Notes under the pieces: model-generated
Databases searched by the model: none
Told to the model about the DNA's origin: nothing
Seen by the model: the letters and a program-made list of their open reading frames with translations, nothing else
In this document: positions 10,977-20,067 of the stretch, in pieces
Layout: every line of letters begins with the position of its first letter
Numbering within the stretch: the stretch's first letter is position 1
IMG/VR virus record: IMGVR_UViG_2609460125_000009
DNA from: a virus
Taxonomy: Duplodnaviria; Heunggongvirae; Uroviricota; Caudoviricetes
Reading direction: 5' to 3' (one strand)
DNA: 64,000 nucleotides
Made by a program: the position numbers and the translations under genes

Positions 10977-11584
10977 TGTACGGAAGCAAGATATATCGAT
11001 CTGACGGGAAGGTCTGGATGTCTCCTTCTTTGTCTCCTATCGTCTTTCAGAGAAAGCAGGTTGTTTCTTTGTCTGGCGGGACAGAGTTTAACACCCAAAT
11101 ATCTCCAGATCGTTCACCGATGATTTTTGTTGCCTATTCGAAAGCTGTTTCATTAATAGCCAACAGAATAGTGCGTAACAACCAGGTGATTTACAGTTTC
11201 GGAGGTCAGGGTAGCGACTCTAGTGCCACGATATACGTATTTTCGAAAGGTATAGCCAAAAAAGAAACTTGGGGCATGAGTTTTTTCAATGCACAAGGGG
11301 AGGAAATCTATAATACGGCAAATATCCCACTTTCATTTACCTTTCTTAATAATACGGAGTGGAACAGCTCTGGAGGGCATGTTTTTGATTACCCACCAGC
11401 GATAATCCCAACATATGCGAATGTGTTCGCTGTTCCAGTACCGGGCGGAGCCATGACAATGGTTTATGGATATGCGGCATATGGAAATACTGTTAGCTCG
11501 ATATTCGTAAACCAACTTAATGGCGGCCATAGTTTTAGCGTAAATGGCAGAGTACCGGTAATAAATAGAAATCTGTATAACTGA
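10976..11584 (+). CDS. hypothetical protein, possibly fibre-associated or receptor-binding accessory
   Basis: 202-aa ORF translationally coupled to the preceding ORF; no recognisable motif. Confidence 0.45.
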   Translation: MYGSKIYRSDGKVWMSPSLSPIVFQRKQVVSLSGGTEFNTQISPDRSPMIFVAYSKAVSLIANRIVRNNQVIYSFGGQGSDSSATIYVFSKGIAKKETWGMSFFNAQGEEIYNTANIPLSFTFLNNTEWNSSGGHVFDYPPAIIPTYANVFAVPVPGGAMTMVYGYAAYGNTVSSIFVNQLNGGHSFSVNGRVPVINRNLYN

Positions 11585-11591
11585 TGAGTAA

Positions 11592-11825
11592 ATGATGAAA
11601 AGATTATTTCTAACAATAGCTGTTGTTCTCTCTCTTACTGGCTGCCAGAAATTGCCGACACCTATATGTTACGGTGAGGCTATCATTGGTGGACAGGAGA
11701 CAGTCATACCCATATATGCTGTTAAAAAAGTGAACGACTATACCTTATACAAAGCGGGTAGCATCTATAACTGGCGATGGGTAGGAGTAGGTGCTTTCTC
11801 ATCAGTCCGTTGCAATGTTGAATGA
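11592..11825 (+). CDS. small lipoprotein (candidate Cor/Llp-like superinfection exclusion protein)
   Basis: Signal peptide with lipobox LTGC (MMKRLFLTIAVVLSLTGC); 77 aa; sits between fibre genes and the lysis cassette. Confidence 0.5.
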   Translation: MMKRLFLTIAVVLSLTGCQKLPTPICYGEAIIGGQETVIPIYAVKKVNDYTLYKAGSIYNWRWVGVGAFSSVRCNVE

Positions 11826-11906
11826 TAAGTAAGTACACACCTACAACAAGAAGGTGAAATGTGATATAAATCCGCCATCCCGATTTGACTTTTCATGGAG
11901 GAAAAC

Positions 11907-12230
11907 ATGTCGAACGAGATGGCGGGCGTTACAACAGAGCAAGTTGAGCGTATTGCCGCGATCGTTGCTCGGGAGGTTGTTGGCAAATTAGGTAAAGAGC
12001 TACGTGAAGAAATTGGCCAGGAGGTCAATGATCAGCTGAAAACCTACTTTGGTGATATGACCCCGGCGCAACATAGTATTCAACACTCCAACCTGGACAA
12101 ACTCCTTAACCGGTTAGATTCCATCTCCAGTGGGTTCTTTGGCGGCATTGTTTCTAAAATAACGTCGTTCATTATTACTGCACTGCTTTTGGGGTTAGCC
12201 GCGTATGGCGTAAAAAATGGACTGCAATAA
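11907..12230 (+). CDS. membrane protein with single C-terminal transmembrane helix (holin-like position)
   Basis: ATG at 11907 preceded by GGAGGA; one C-terminal hydrophobic helix (ITSFIITALLLGLAAYGV); directly upstream of the endolysin-like gene. Confidence 0.4.
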   Translation: MSNEMAGVTTEQVERIAAIVAREVVGKLGKELREEIGQEVNDQLKTYFGDMTPAQHSIQHSNLDKLLNRLDSISSGFFGGIVSKITSFIITALLLGLAAYGVKNGLQ

Positions 12231-12243
12231 CAGGAGATCAAGG

Positions 12244-12936
12244 ATGAAGACTCCGAGAGGCATTCGTAATAATAACCCCGGTAATCTTGATAAAGGATCA
12301 CCGTGGCAAGGTCTGGTTGCGAATCCAGACGAACCGCGCTTTTGCACGTTTAAAGACCCTGTTTGGGGGATTCGTGCGCTGGCGGTGACTCTAATTACCT
12401 ACCACGACAAACGTCGCGCAAAAGACGGCTCAAGTATCGATACCATTCGTGAAGTTATTGAACGTTGGGCACCGCCGAATGAAAACAACACTGACGCCTA
12501 CATTAATGAGGTGTCTAAAGCCGTTGGTGTAACCGCAGACATGATCATCGATCTGCATGATTACGACATCCTTCGACCTTTGGTTGAGGCAATCATTCGC
12601 CACGAGAATGGTCGAGGTCCACTAAAAACGCTGAACACCTGGTATGCGGCAGAAGTTATTGAAGAAGGTCTGCGTCGAGCTGGCGTCGTTAAGCCGGTGA
12701 AAACCGTGAAGGCTGTTCCTGTAACTAAAGAAACCGCAGGCGCAACTGTCACAGCAGGTATTGGTCTGGCGCAGCTTGCCGATGTTATGCCGCAGGTTTC
12801 CGCTGCTATGGATAAAGCACAAGGTCATATCTCTAGCGGGGATACAGTACGCATCATCTTCGGTATTGCCACTATTTTTGTGGCCGGATTCATTGCCTGG
12901 TCGCAGGTAAGAAGACACCAGAAAGGGATGGTCTAA
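12244..12936 (+). CDS. putative endolysin / cell-wall hydrolase with C-terminal membrane anchor
   Basis: RBS AGGAG before the ATG; N-terminal GIRNNNPGNL motif; C-terminal hydrophobic helix (IIFGIATIFVAGFIAW); located between the holin-like ORF and the spanin-like ORFs. Enzymatic class not resolved. Confidence 0.4.
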   Translation: MKTPRGIRNNNPGNLDKGSPWQGLVANPDEPRFCTFKDPVWGIRALAVTLITYHDKRRAKDGSSIDTIREVIERWAPPNENNTDAYINEVSKAVGVTADMIIDLHDYDILRPLVEAIIRHENGRGPLKTLNTWYAAEVIEEGLRRAGVVKPVKTVKAVPVTKETAGATVTAGIGLAQLADVMPQVSAAMDKAQGHISSGDTVRIIFGIATIFVAGFIAWSQVRRHQKGMV

Positions 12937-12937
12937 T

Positions 12938-13189
12938 ATGCTAGGCAGCCTGATGACAAAGCTAAAAGTTGCTTTGATTACGCTGGCTGCCGTTCTTTTC
13001 GTTCTTGTCGGCGCTTACACGATGGGCGGAAATGCGGCGCGACGAGCAATGGAAGAGAAGGCAAAACAGGAAGACAGAAAACGACTTCAAAACACAGTGA
13101 AAGTGGTGAATGAGACGAGCAGTAAAATACGTCAGAAAGATGCTTCTGCCGTTCATCGTGAGTTGTATGATAAGTGGGTGCGTCATTAA
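12938..13189 (+). CDS. Rz-like inner-membrane spanin component
   Basis: N-terminal transmembrane helix followed by a charged coiled-coil region; overlapped by an out-of-frame lipoprotein ORF. Confidence 0.5.
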   Translation: MLGSLMTKLKVALITLAAVLFVLVGAYTMGGNAARRAMEEKAKQEDRKRLQNTVKVVNETSSKIRQKDASAVHRELYDKWVRH

Positions 13190-13325
13190 ACCACAAACAG
13201 CCAGCGTGTTGTTCTGCGATGGGGCTGAGCCTATCTATATCAGCAATAATGATGTAATGACTGAAGAAACCGAACGCCAAATCCTTTTTCACAATACGAT
13301 GGGAGAGAGGGTTTGTGGTTGGTGA
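13110..13325 (+). CDS. Rz1-like outer-membrane lipoprotein spanin component
   Basis: Begins inside the Rz-like gene in another frame; lipobox ISGC; small, with Pro and Cys residues in the mature part. Confidence 0.45.
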   Translation: MRRAVKYVRKMLLPFIVSCMISGCVIKPQTASVLFCDGAEPIYISNNDVMTEETERQILFHNTMGERVCGW

Positions 13326-13335
13326 TGTCGAAGTT

Positions 13336-13357
13336 CCCCTCAAATGAGGGGAACACA
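13336..13357. terminator. hairpin between convergent genes
   Basis: Perfect palindrome GTTCCCCTC-AAAT-GAGGGGAAC between the + strand spanin stop and the - strand toxin stop; no clean T tract. Confidence 0.35.
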
Positions 13358-13879
13358 TTATTCTTCGAACAATTTTTCGATAGATTTTGTAGGATAGAAC
13401 AAAGAACGCTCGTTGTTACCAACCAGCTGGATAAAGCCTAAACTTTTATAAAACGCCTTGGCTTTGTCATTTAACGCCTCAACGAAAAGTCCATGAATGC
13501 CTACAGCAAGAGATGCATTGTACACAACGCGCATTGCATGTGTTACAAGCATTGAGCCAAATCCTTGACCTTGAAGGGACTTGTCCAAAGCCAGCCTACC
13601 CAAAGTAACACTTGGAACATTCCGATAAGGAACCTTCTTTTGTTTGCTTCTTGAAGGTAAGGACTCCTTTTCAAAACAACTACCTGACAAAGTGTAATAT
13701 CCTAACACTTTTGGCCTTTCTTCTTGAGTGCAAAGCACATAAGCACGAAGAATTTTTCCCTCATGCTGCCTTTTTAAGTGGTTGGCTAAAAAGGCGTTTA
13801 GTGACTCTTCGCCGCAATCAAAACCGTTTAGATCATAATCTTTCTCTCCAGAGAAAATCTCTATCGTTGTATTGCTCAC
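13358..13879 (-). CDS. GNAT-family acetyltransferase toxin (TacT/KacT-like)
   Basis: 173 aa with GNAT acetyl-CoA fold motifs (QGQGFG...); immediately downstream of a DUF1778-type small ORF on the same strand. Confidence 0.75.
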   Translation of the reverse strand: MSNTTIEIFSGEKDYDLNGFDCGEESLNAFLANHLKRQHEGKILRAYVLCTQEERPKVLGYYTLSGSCFEKESLPSRSKQKKVPYRNVPSVTLGRLALDKSLQGQGFGSMLVTHAMRVVYNASLAVGIHGLFVEALNDKAKAFYKSLGFIQLVGNNERSLFYPTKSIEKLFEE

Positions 13880-13886
13880 GAGTAAA

Positions 13887-14156
13887 CTACTCCATGCTTT
13901 TCAGACGATCAGCAGCTCGTTTCAGCTTGTCGTTCGGTGCCGGAGGATTGCTTATAGCGTCCATAACCAGATTCCAGGATTCTTCATTCAGAACTAGTCT
14001 ACGGTGTTGCTCTATAACTTTCACGGCACGTTCAGATGCACTGCTAACCATAAACTGAGTAATGCTCTGGTTAGACATTGCGGCAGCTTCCTCGATGATG
14101 CTTTTATCGTCATCGGTTAATCTCAAATCGATGCGCTGCTTTTTTAGTGCTGACAT
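13887..14156 (-). CDS. DUF1778-family antitoxin (TacA/KacA-like)
   Basis: ATG at 14156 with AGGAGG upstream; product MSALKKQRIDLRLTDDDKSIIEEAA... is the typical N-terminus of DUF1778 antitoxins; ends 8 bp before the toxin start. Confidence 0.75.
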   Translation of the reverse strand: MSALKKQRIDLRLTDDDKSIIEEAAAMSNQSITQFMVSSASERAVKVIEQHRRLVLNEESWNLVMDAISNPPAPNDKLKRAADRLKSME

Positions 14157-14474
14157 GTATTCCTCCTGATGGCCGTGATGTAGGAAGGCCATCAATCTCC
14201 TCTGTTCAAACTGAGTTTTCGACTCAAAAATTACTTTAAAAGGCTATAGCCCATTACGTGTGCATTATCAAATTGTGTACGGCATAACACCGTACTTGTA
14301 ATATAGAGGTCATTGTTACTTTTTTCAACAGACAAATACAAGCTATGATTGCCAATTGTTAATCACAACCTACCATTTAACCTTTACACCGCAGCCGTAG
14401 GCATTTAGGCTATATCACATATAAGAAAACAAGTTGTTTCAGACGATAATTATATACGCAAAGGGAACTCTCCA

Positions 14475-15143
14475 ATGACCAAGATCTTTGTGGTTGGCGG
14501 CACAAAGGGCGGGCCTGGCAAATCCACCCTTGCCCAGCAAATTGCCGTTTGCCTTAAAGTCAAAAAGAAGAAGAAGGTTTATATCACTGATATAGATATT
14601 CAGCGCACGACAACAAGCTGGTGTGAAGACCGTCGACAGAACGAAGACCTTGAGCTGATTCCTTTTGCATACGTTCAGGATGACATCATTAAGCACCTAA
14701 AATCGCTTCAGGGTAGAGCTGAGTATGTAGTGGTAGATGCTGGTGGCTTCGACTCCGAAATTCAGCGACAAGCGATGCTGATGGCTGACGTTATCATTAT
14801 CCCGCTGCGTCCTAAGCGTCGTGATTTGAAATCTTTACGTGACATCGATCCTATTATCGACAATGTTCGCAATGTAAACGATAAAGTGAAGGTCCGCGCG
14901 GTCATGAACCAGTGCCCGGCTTTGCCATCACAAGTGTCTCGCATTCTGGCGGCTAAAGAGATTGTTGAGACGTTTGGAATCGAGTCTGCGCCAGTCAATC
15001 TGTATAACCGCAACGTCTATGATGATGCGGAAGAGTCTGGTCGTTCTATCTTTGAAATGACCGGTAGCGAGCGCGACAAAAAGGCGGAAGCCGAGTTTGA
15101 AGAATTTGTAGATTATCTGTTGAGTCTGGAGGAAGAAGAATAA
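14475..15143 (+). CDS. parA: ParA-family partition ATPase (small type Ib)
   Basis: Deviant Walker A GGTKGGPGKST near the N-terminus; 222 aa; followed by an overlapping small ORF. Confidence 0.85.
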   Translation: MTKIFVVGGTKGGPGKSTLAQQIAVCLKVKKKKKVYITDIDIQRTTTSWCEDRRQNEDLELIPFAYVQDDIIKHLKSLQGRAEYVVVDAGGFDSEIQRQAMLMADVIIIPLRPKRRDLKSLRDIDPIIDNVRNVNDKVKVRAVMNQCPALPSQVSRILAAKEIVETFGIESAPVNLYNRNVYDDAEESGRSIFEMTGSERDKKAEAEFEEFVDYLLSLEEEE

Positions 15144-15502
15144 TGTCCATGAAAATGGGTGACCTAGCAAAGCGCAAAGAGCCTGATGCACCGGCTAAGA
15201 ACACAACTCCTTTGCGCCAACCAGTCAGACCACAGGGACGCCCGACTCGTGGCAAAGAGAAAATTAAAAGCCGCACAATGTCACTGGAGGACGAATACTT
15301 CGAACTGCTGGAGATGATGAAGTTCATCCCTCGCTTCGAGAAGTTCACTCGTTCTGACGTGATTCGAGCAGCCATTTTCCATCTGGCAGAGAAGTCACCG
15401 CAGGAAATCGAGGACATCGTGAAATTGAATGAGGCGATCACCGCTGCCGATGTCACGATGCGTACCGATGAAATCAAACGAGAGTTGATGAAGAAAGGTT
15501 AA
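15143..15502 (+). CDS. ParG/ParB-like small centromere-binding protein (ribbon-helix-helix)
   Basis: Start overlaps the parA stop (TAATG); basic N-terminus and a C-terminal RHH-like segment. Confidence 0.55.
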   Translation: MSMKMGDLAKRKEPDAPAKNTTPLRQPVRPQGRPTRGKEKIKSRTMSLEDEYFELLEMMKFIPRFEKFTRSDVIRAAIFHLAEKSPQEIEDIVKLNEAITAADVTMRTDEIKRELMKKG

Positions 15503-15507
15503 AAATC

Positions 15508-15538
15508 ATGCATTGGCGCGTACATTGCGCCAATGCAT
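15508..15538. terminator. perfect 12-bp inverted repeat (ATGCATTGGCGC-N7-GCGCCAATGCAT) between convergent genes
   Basis: Lies between the parG-like stop and the - strand GIY-YIG gene stop; T-rich on the - strand side. Could also be a protein-binding site. Confidence 0.4.
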
Positions 15539-15554
15539 AACTACAGTGTCAGCT

Positions 15555-16322
15555 TTATGCCGCGCTAACACTATGTTCAGTCCTAACCACCCCAACCTTC
15601 ACAAAAGGGCTACCGTAGCTTGGTGGCTTCTTGATTAATTTGCCTACATACAGTTTTCTAATATGCTCATCGGCTATTCTGCCAACAAATTCATAACGTT
15701 TTGTGTCGGGGCCAAGAGCTATATCCCTTGTAAAGTACTGCTGAGAACCGGCTTTGACCCAGCATTCAATCTGATAAACTTCCATTATCAGCCCACCATA
15801 TGTAGCGTAGGCATATTTGAGATTCTCGTCTCTTGGAACCTTTGCCCATACGCCACGCGTAGCTTCATATAATGCCAGAGCGGACATTCCTGACTTGTAG
15901 GTGCTGTTTAGCAGGAAGGCAAGACCGGCGTGCTCAGGAGCAATTTCAGTTTCCTCTTGCAGCACTAAGTGATGGTAGGCGTCCAGTGATATTCTGCCCA
16001 TCATGGAACCACTTCCTCGTACCTTATTCGTAAGCTCTCCGACCCCCATAAGGTCGATGCATGTCGCCTCAACAAGTTTGGCTGTGGTTTCATCCATACC
16101 ATGACGAAGTATATCTATGCCTAATTTTTTATTAGCCAAAAGTTCTTTGATCCGCATGGATTTGGGAGAGTCATCGGGATACTTGATGTGATCGAGACAA
16201 CGAGTCGATTTGCCTTTTCCTATGTAAAACGGTCTTTTCATCTTGTCTTCTGTATCATAGAGACAGTAAACATAGTATTTAGCCTTATCCAATGATCTCG
16301 CGTATACCGATAAATCGTCCAT
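15555..16322 (-). CDS. GIY-YIG nuclease-domain protein (T5orf172-like) with uncharacterised C-terminal domain
   Basis: N-terminal YYVYCLYD...PFYIGKGK...R...H matches the GIY-YIG core; the remaining ~170 aa have no motif I recognise. Confidence 0.6.
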   Translation of the reverse strand: MDDLSVYARSLDKAKYYVYCLYDTEDKMKRPFYIGKGKSTRCLDHIKYPDDSPKSMRIKELLANKKLGIDILRHGMDETTAKLVEATCIDLMGVGELTNKVRGSGSMMGRISLDAYHHLVLQEETEIAPEHAGLAFLLNSTYKSGMSALALYEATRGVWAKVPRDENLKYAYATYGGLIMEVYQIECWVKAGSQQYFTRDIALGPDTKRYEFVGRIADEHIRKLYVGKLIKKPPSYGSPFVKVGVVRTEHSVSAA

Positions 16323-16432
16323 TATTGCATCTCTTTGCTACTGACTAATGCGTTCTATTTTACACATAAGTTTTTAATCAATTTAACAGGCTCAAAGTGT
16401 AGAGCTTCTGGGCGTCTAAGACGACAAGTTAT

Positions 16433-16489
16433 GCCTGCTTCTGTATATATAAATAATAAGTAACTTATTAAATATATACGGAAGCAGGT
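16433..16489. repeat. large palindromic element, copy 1 (GCCTGCTTCTGTATATAT-loop-ATATATACGGAAGCAGG)
   Basis: 18-bp arms with one wobble position flank an AT-rich palindromic loop; followed by TCTTTT. The same arms recur at 63797-63855. Confidence 0.6.
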
Positions 16490-16595
16490 CTTTTAAAAGA
16501 CACCACCAGAACAACTCCCTTCCGTTTCCACTTCCAAAAACTGCCACCAGTCGCTATCATCCGCTCATTGTGATAAGTAAGTAACTACCTACCAG

Positions 16596-17345
16596 GTGAG
16601 CCACATGAGCCAAATCTTTTTCGATACCATCGACAACGACCAGTACGACTTCATGACAGAGTGGAATACCGCTGTTATGGACAAGTGGGTCGCTGAAAAC
16701 ATTGGTTTGTCGCGCTGTAAAGACGAGGCTGAACTCTTCGAGACGAAGTGGTTTGATTACCGCGACATGCATCCTCTCATGGCCACCTGTCTTTTTACGG
16801 AGGCATACAAACGTCAGTACTCAAATATCATGCTGACGCACGGTCGCGAACACTTTGAAACAGCTCCGTTCACCACCGGGTTAAAACGCCTGCCTTATCA
16901 GGAGTTGTCGACTGCCAATAAAACGTCGCTATGGAAAGCACGCCAGTTTGCGGATCGCTATTGCTGCTCATACGACTACTTTATCTCCACCGTTCTTTCC
17001 GCAGCTGCACGACGGCTGTGGGACAAGCTGCCGCGCCCACAGCATTTGTGGCAGCCAGAGCTGATTGAGATATTCGAAGAGAAATTAGCCAGACGCGCAA
17101 CAACCCGTCTGGATGACTCTCTCGTTAGCTTTAAGCATATGGGAGACATGCAGTTCAACCCGATTCAGGAAAGCTATTTTGAGTGGATTCTGGAGCGTTT
17201 ACGCACCATCCCCCGCAGCAAGCGCATACGCGCAATTTTCTCCGCTATCTGGCTAATGGAAATCGTTCCAGAGCGCCTTATTTCCGCCCACTTTCCAGAA
17301 GAACTGGAAGAAGCACGGCGGTTTATTGATCCCCTATCTAATTAA
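16596..17345 (+). CDS. hypothetical protein
   Basis: 249-aa ORF in the replication-gene operon; no motif recognised. Confidence 0.5.
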   Translation: MSHMSQIFFDTIDNDQYDFMTEWNTAVMDKWVAENIGLSRCKDEAELFETKWFDYRDMHPLMATCLFTEAYKRQYSNIMLTHGREHFETAPFTTGLKRLPYQELSTANKTSLWKARQFADRYCCSYDYFISTVLSAAARRLWDKLPRPQHLWQPELIEIFEEKLARRATTRLDDSLVSFKHMGDMQFNPIQESYFEWILERLRTIPRSKRIRAIFSAIWLMEIVPERLISAHFPEELEEARRFIDPLSN

Positions 17346-17388
17346 CTAATACTAGAAAACAATTTGTTTAAAAAACAAAGGAAAGCAC

Positions 17389-18729
17389 ATGACCGAACTT
17401 TGCCATACAGGACGCGGGCTGTCCGAAGAGTTTGATGAAGATTTTCAGAACAGATTGACGGCCTATTTTTGTCGTGATCACGAGTTTCTTACTCGTGCTG
17501 GAGATCTGGTTGTACCTAGCCAATTTGCCAATGCGGCCAATGCCATATTGGTTAATATGGTTTCGGGCTATTACCGTATGTACAAGAGCGCGCCCTCTTC
17601 ATCTGCGATTCTGGATATGCTTAAGCGTGCGAAACGCGATAAGACTATCCGTGAGGAACTATTCGCCGATGTTGTTGCTGCGTTTAAGCGCATCCTTGCA
17701 GAAAAATTGTCTGATACCTCGTACATGGTTGACCAGGTATCAACCTTCGCAAAAAGCGTAGCGTTTGATGATGCTCTGATTAAGGCTGCTGAACTGAAAG
17801 AGAAGGGCGACTTTCAGGGGGCGATGGCAATCATGGCCAAGGTTCAGCAGATTGGATCGAACGAAGCGACCGGAATCTATGACTACTACACCTCCGCAAG
17901 TGAGCGATTGAAAGCGCGTGAATATGAGGCTTCAGAGGAGTATGTGCCAAACAGCATTACAACTGGACTCCCTCTGCTCGATAGGTTGCTGTACCAAAAA
18001 GGCTGGGCGAAGCGTGAAATGGTGCTCTTCATGGGGTTCGCTAAATCCGGTAAATCGACCGCAATGGGTGAGTTTTCCATAAACGCAACGCTTGCTGGCT
18101 ACAATGTTCTGTATCTCTCGCTGGAGGTTCACACCACCATTTTATCCGACCGTTTTGATGCAAGATTGTCGGAGACAGAAATGTCCAAGCTGGTGGAACG
18201 GCGCGATGAGGTTCATCGTAAGTTGGCAGAGTTGGGAGCCACGAAGGGGATTGGTAGTTTGTGGGTTGTTGAGCGTCCGTCAGGAAGTATGTCACCGGCA
18301 GATCTGGACCGTATGCTTAACAGCATGAAAGCCAATGGCATGGTGCCTGACATGGTTGTTGTCGACTACGCAGATTTGATGCGTGCCAGTTATGACCTTC
18401 GTGATGATCGCGCCAACATTCGTAGTATCTACACCGATTTACGTGCTCTTTATGACAAGCATAACGTTGCTGGGATCACGGCATCGCAGACAAACCGTGA
18501 AGGTGGCGCGTCAGAAGTTGCCACAATGATGCACGCTGCCGACAATATCGAAAAAGTACGTATTGCTGACCTGGTAATAACGATCAACAAAACCGAAGAA
18601 GAAGAAGCGAAAGGAGAGGCTCGTCTCTACTTTGCTGGTTCACGTAACCAGCAGGGAGGGATCAGCATTCGCGTTAAACAAAACCTCGAACAAATGCGCT
18701 TCATTGAGCGAATCTTAGACGTTACCTAA
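17389..18729 (+). CDS. DnaB-like replicative DNA helicase
   Basis: Conserved leader AAAGGAAAGCACATG; Walker A GFAKSGKST in a RecA-like C-terminal domain; LDRLL...GW motif typical of DnaB-family helicases. Confidence 0.8.
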   Translation: MTELCHTGRGLSEEFDEDFQNRLTAYFCRDHEFLTRAGDLVVPSQFANAANAILVNMVSGYYRMYKSAPSSSAILDMLKRAKRDKTIREELFADVVAAFKRILAEKLSDTSYMVDQVSTFAKSVAFDDALIKAAELKEKGDFQGAMAIMAKVQQIGSNEATGIYDYYTSASERLKAREYEASEEYVPNSITTGLPLLDRLLYQKGWAKREMVLFMGFAKSGKSTAMGEFSINATLAGYNVLYLSLEVHTTILSDRFDARLSETEMSKLVERRDEVHRKLAELGATKGIGSLWVVERPSGSMSPADLDRMLNSMKANGMVPDMVVVDYADLMRASYDLRDDRANIRSIYTDLRALYDKHNVAGITASQTNREGGASEVATMMHAADNIEKVRIADLVITINKTEEEEAKGEARLYFAGSRNQQGGISIRVKQNLEQMRFIERILDVT

Positions 18730-18810
18730 AAAATAAGCGTGGAGAACACCTCCACGCTTGATTCATTGGTGAAACAACTTTTCTTTTGCCAAACCACAAA
18801 AGAAAAACAC

Positions 18811-19992
18811 ATGAGCCTTTATGTTATATCAACATTTAGGTTGGTCACAATATTGCCTGTTAAAAGTGGAATTATCGTGAGCGAGCTGAAAGAGCTAATT
18901 ACCGAATTAGATTTTGAACAATGGTTGGATACTGAAGGTATCGTTTATCGACGTGGAGGCGTGAGTACTCGCGGTCGTGAAGTGAATATCAAGGAGTGTC
19001 CGGTATGTGGCAGCTCCAACTGGAAGGTATATTTCAATCTGACCAGTGGCGTCGGTAAATGCTTCGCTGGTGATCATCCCGAAGAGATTCAGTTCAATAA
19101 GCTGGTCTTCCTCAAGCACTACAGCGGCAAATCACGACGACAGTTCGAGGAATATGTGCAGAACGCCCTTCTTTCCCAGGGGTGGGCACCAAAGAAAGAA
19201 GAGATAGTGCTTGCAAGCACAGTCGAGTTAGAGGGACCACTTGCACTCCCTCGTCATTACGAACTTCCTATAGATGGCCGTCTTCCAGACTATCTGGTTG
19301 AACGAAACATATCGCCTGAAATGGCAAAGTATTTTGACCTACGATACTGCGTCGAAGGCAAGCACGCTTATGTAGATCCGTATACAGATCAGGTTAAAGG
19401 ACAGATATTCGATATGCGAATACTGATACCGGTTTACGATCTGGATGGGGTAATGAAGACATTTCAGGGGCGAGACATTACCGGTACAGCTGAACGTCGC
19501 TACCTCTTTCCTATGCAGCTTCCAGCTTCAGGTAAGTTTCTCTACAACGGCCATAATGCGGTCGGCAAACAGACTGTAGTTGTCTGTGAGGGGGCGTTCG
19601 ATGTTATGGGAGTTAAACGAGCTATTTTTGATGAAGAAACATTACGTGATTACGTGGAACCGATAGGAACGTTCGGGATGCATCTATCTGGTAACACCAC
19701 TCAGGATGCAGAAGATCAGTTGGGCGCGTTCCTGACGCTCAAGGCGCGTGGATTACGTAATGTGATCATGATGTGGGATAGTGAAAAGCAAGCTATACGC
19801 AACACTATGGCCGCAGCCAGGCGACTGACCAGTATTGGTCTTAATGTCAAAGTAGCATGTTTGGGCGAGGAAGGACTCGACCCAGGCGATGCAACGCCAG
19901 AACAAATTATCAAAGCCTATTATCGGGCAAAACCGTATACCAAACAGTTGGAGTTGCAAAGCAAGGTTTTGGGCATTAAGGCGCTATCGTAA
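18811..19992 (+). CDS. DNA primase (zinc ribbon plus TOPRIM)
   Basis: Start chosen at the ATG preceded by the conserved leader AAAGAAAAACACATG (the ORF is open from 18739); CPVCGSS...C..GDH zinc-binding region; TOPRIM-like VVVCEGAFDVMG and MMWDSE. Confidence 0.7.
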   Translation: MSLYVISTFRLVTILPVKSGIIVSELKELITELDFEQWLDTEGIVYRRGGVSTRGREVNIKECPVCGSSNWKVYFNLTSGVGKCFAGDHPEEIQFNKLVFLKHYSGKSRRQFEEYVQNALLSQGWAPKKEEIVLASTVELEGPLALPRHYELPIDGRLPDYLVERNISPEMAKYFDLRYCVEGKHAYVDPYTDQVKGQIFDMRILIPVYDLDGVMKTFQGRDITGTAERRYLFPMQLPASGKFLYNGHNAVGKQTVVVCEGAFDVMGVKRAIFDEETLRDYVEPIGTFGMHLSGNTTQDAEDQLGAFLTLKARGLRNVIMMWDSEKQAIRNTMAAARRLTSIGLNVKVACLGEEGLDPGDATPEQIIKAYYRAKPYTKQLELQSKVLGIKALS

Positions 19993-20067
19993 CAAGTGCC
20001 GCTAAAATAAGTAGATGATTACTTATCTTTCTGTAAGAATACTTTCATCTGTTAGCTAGGAGTTGGT

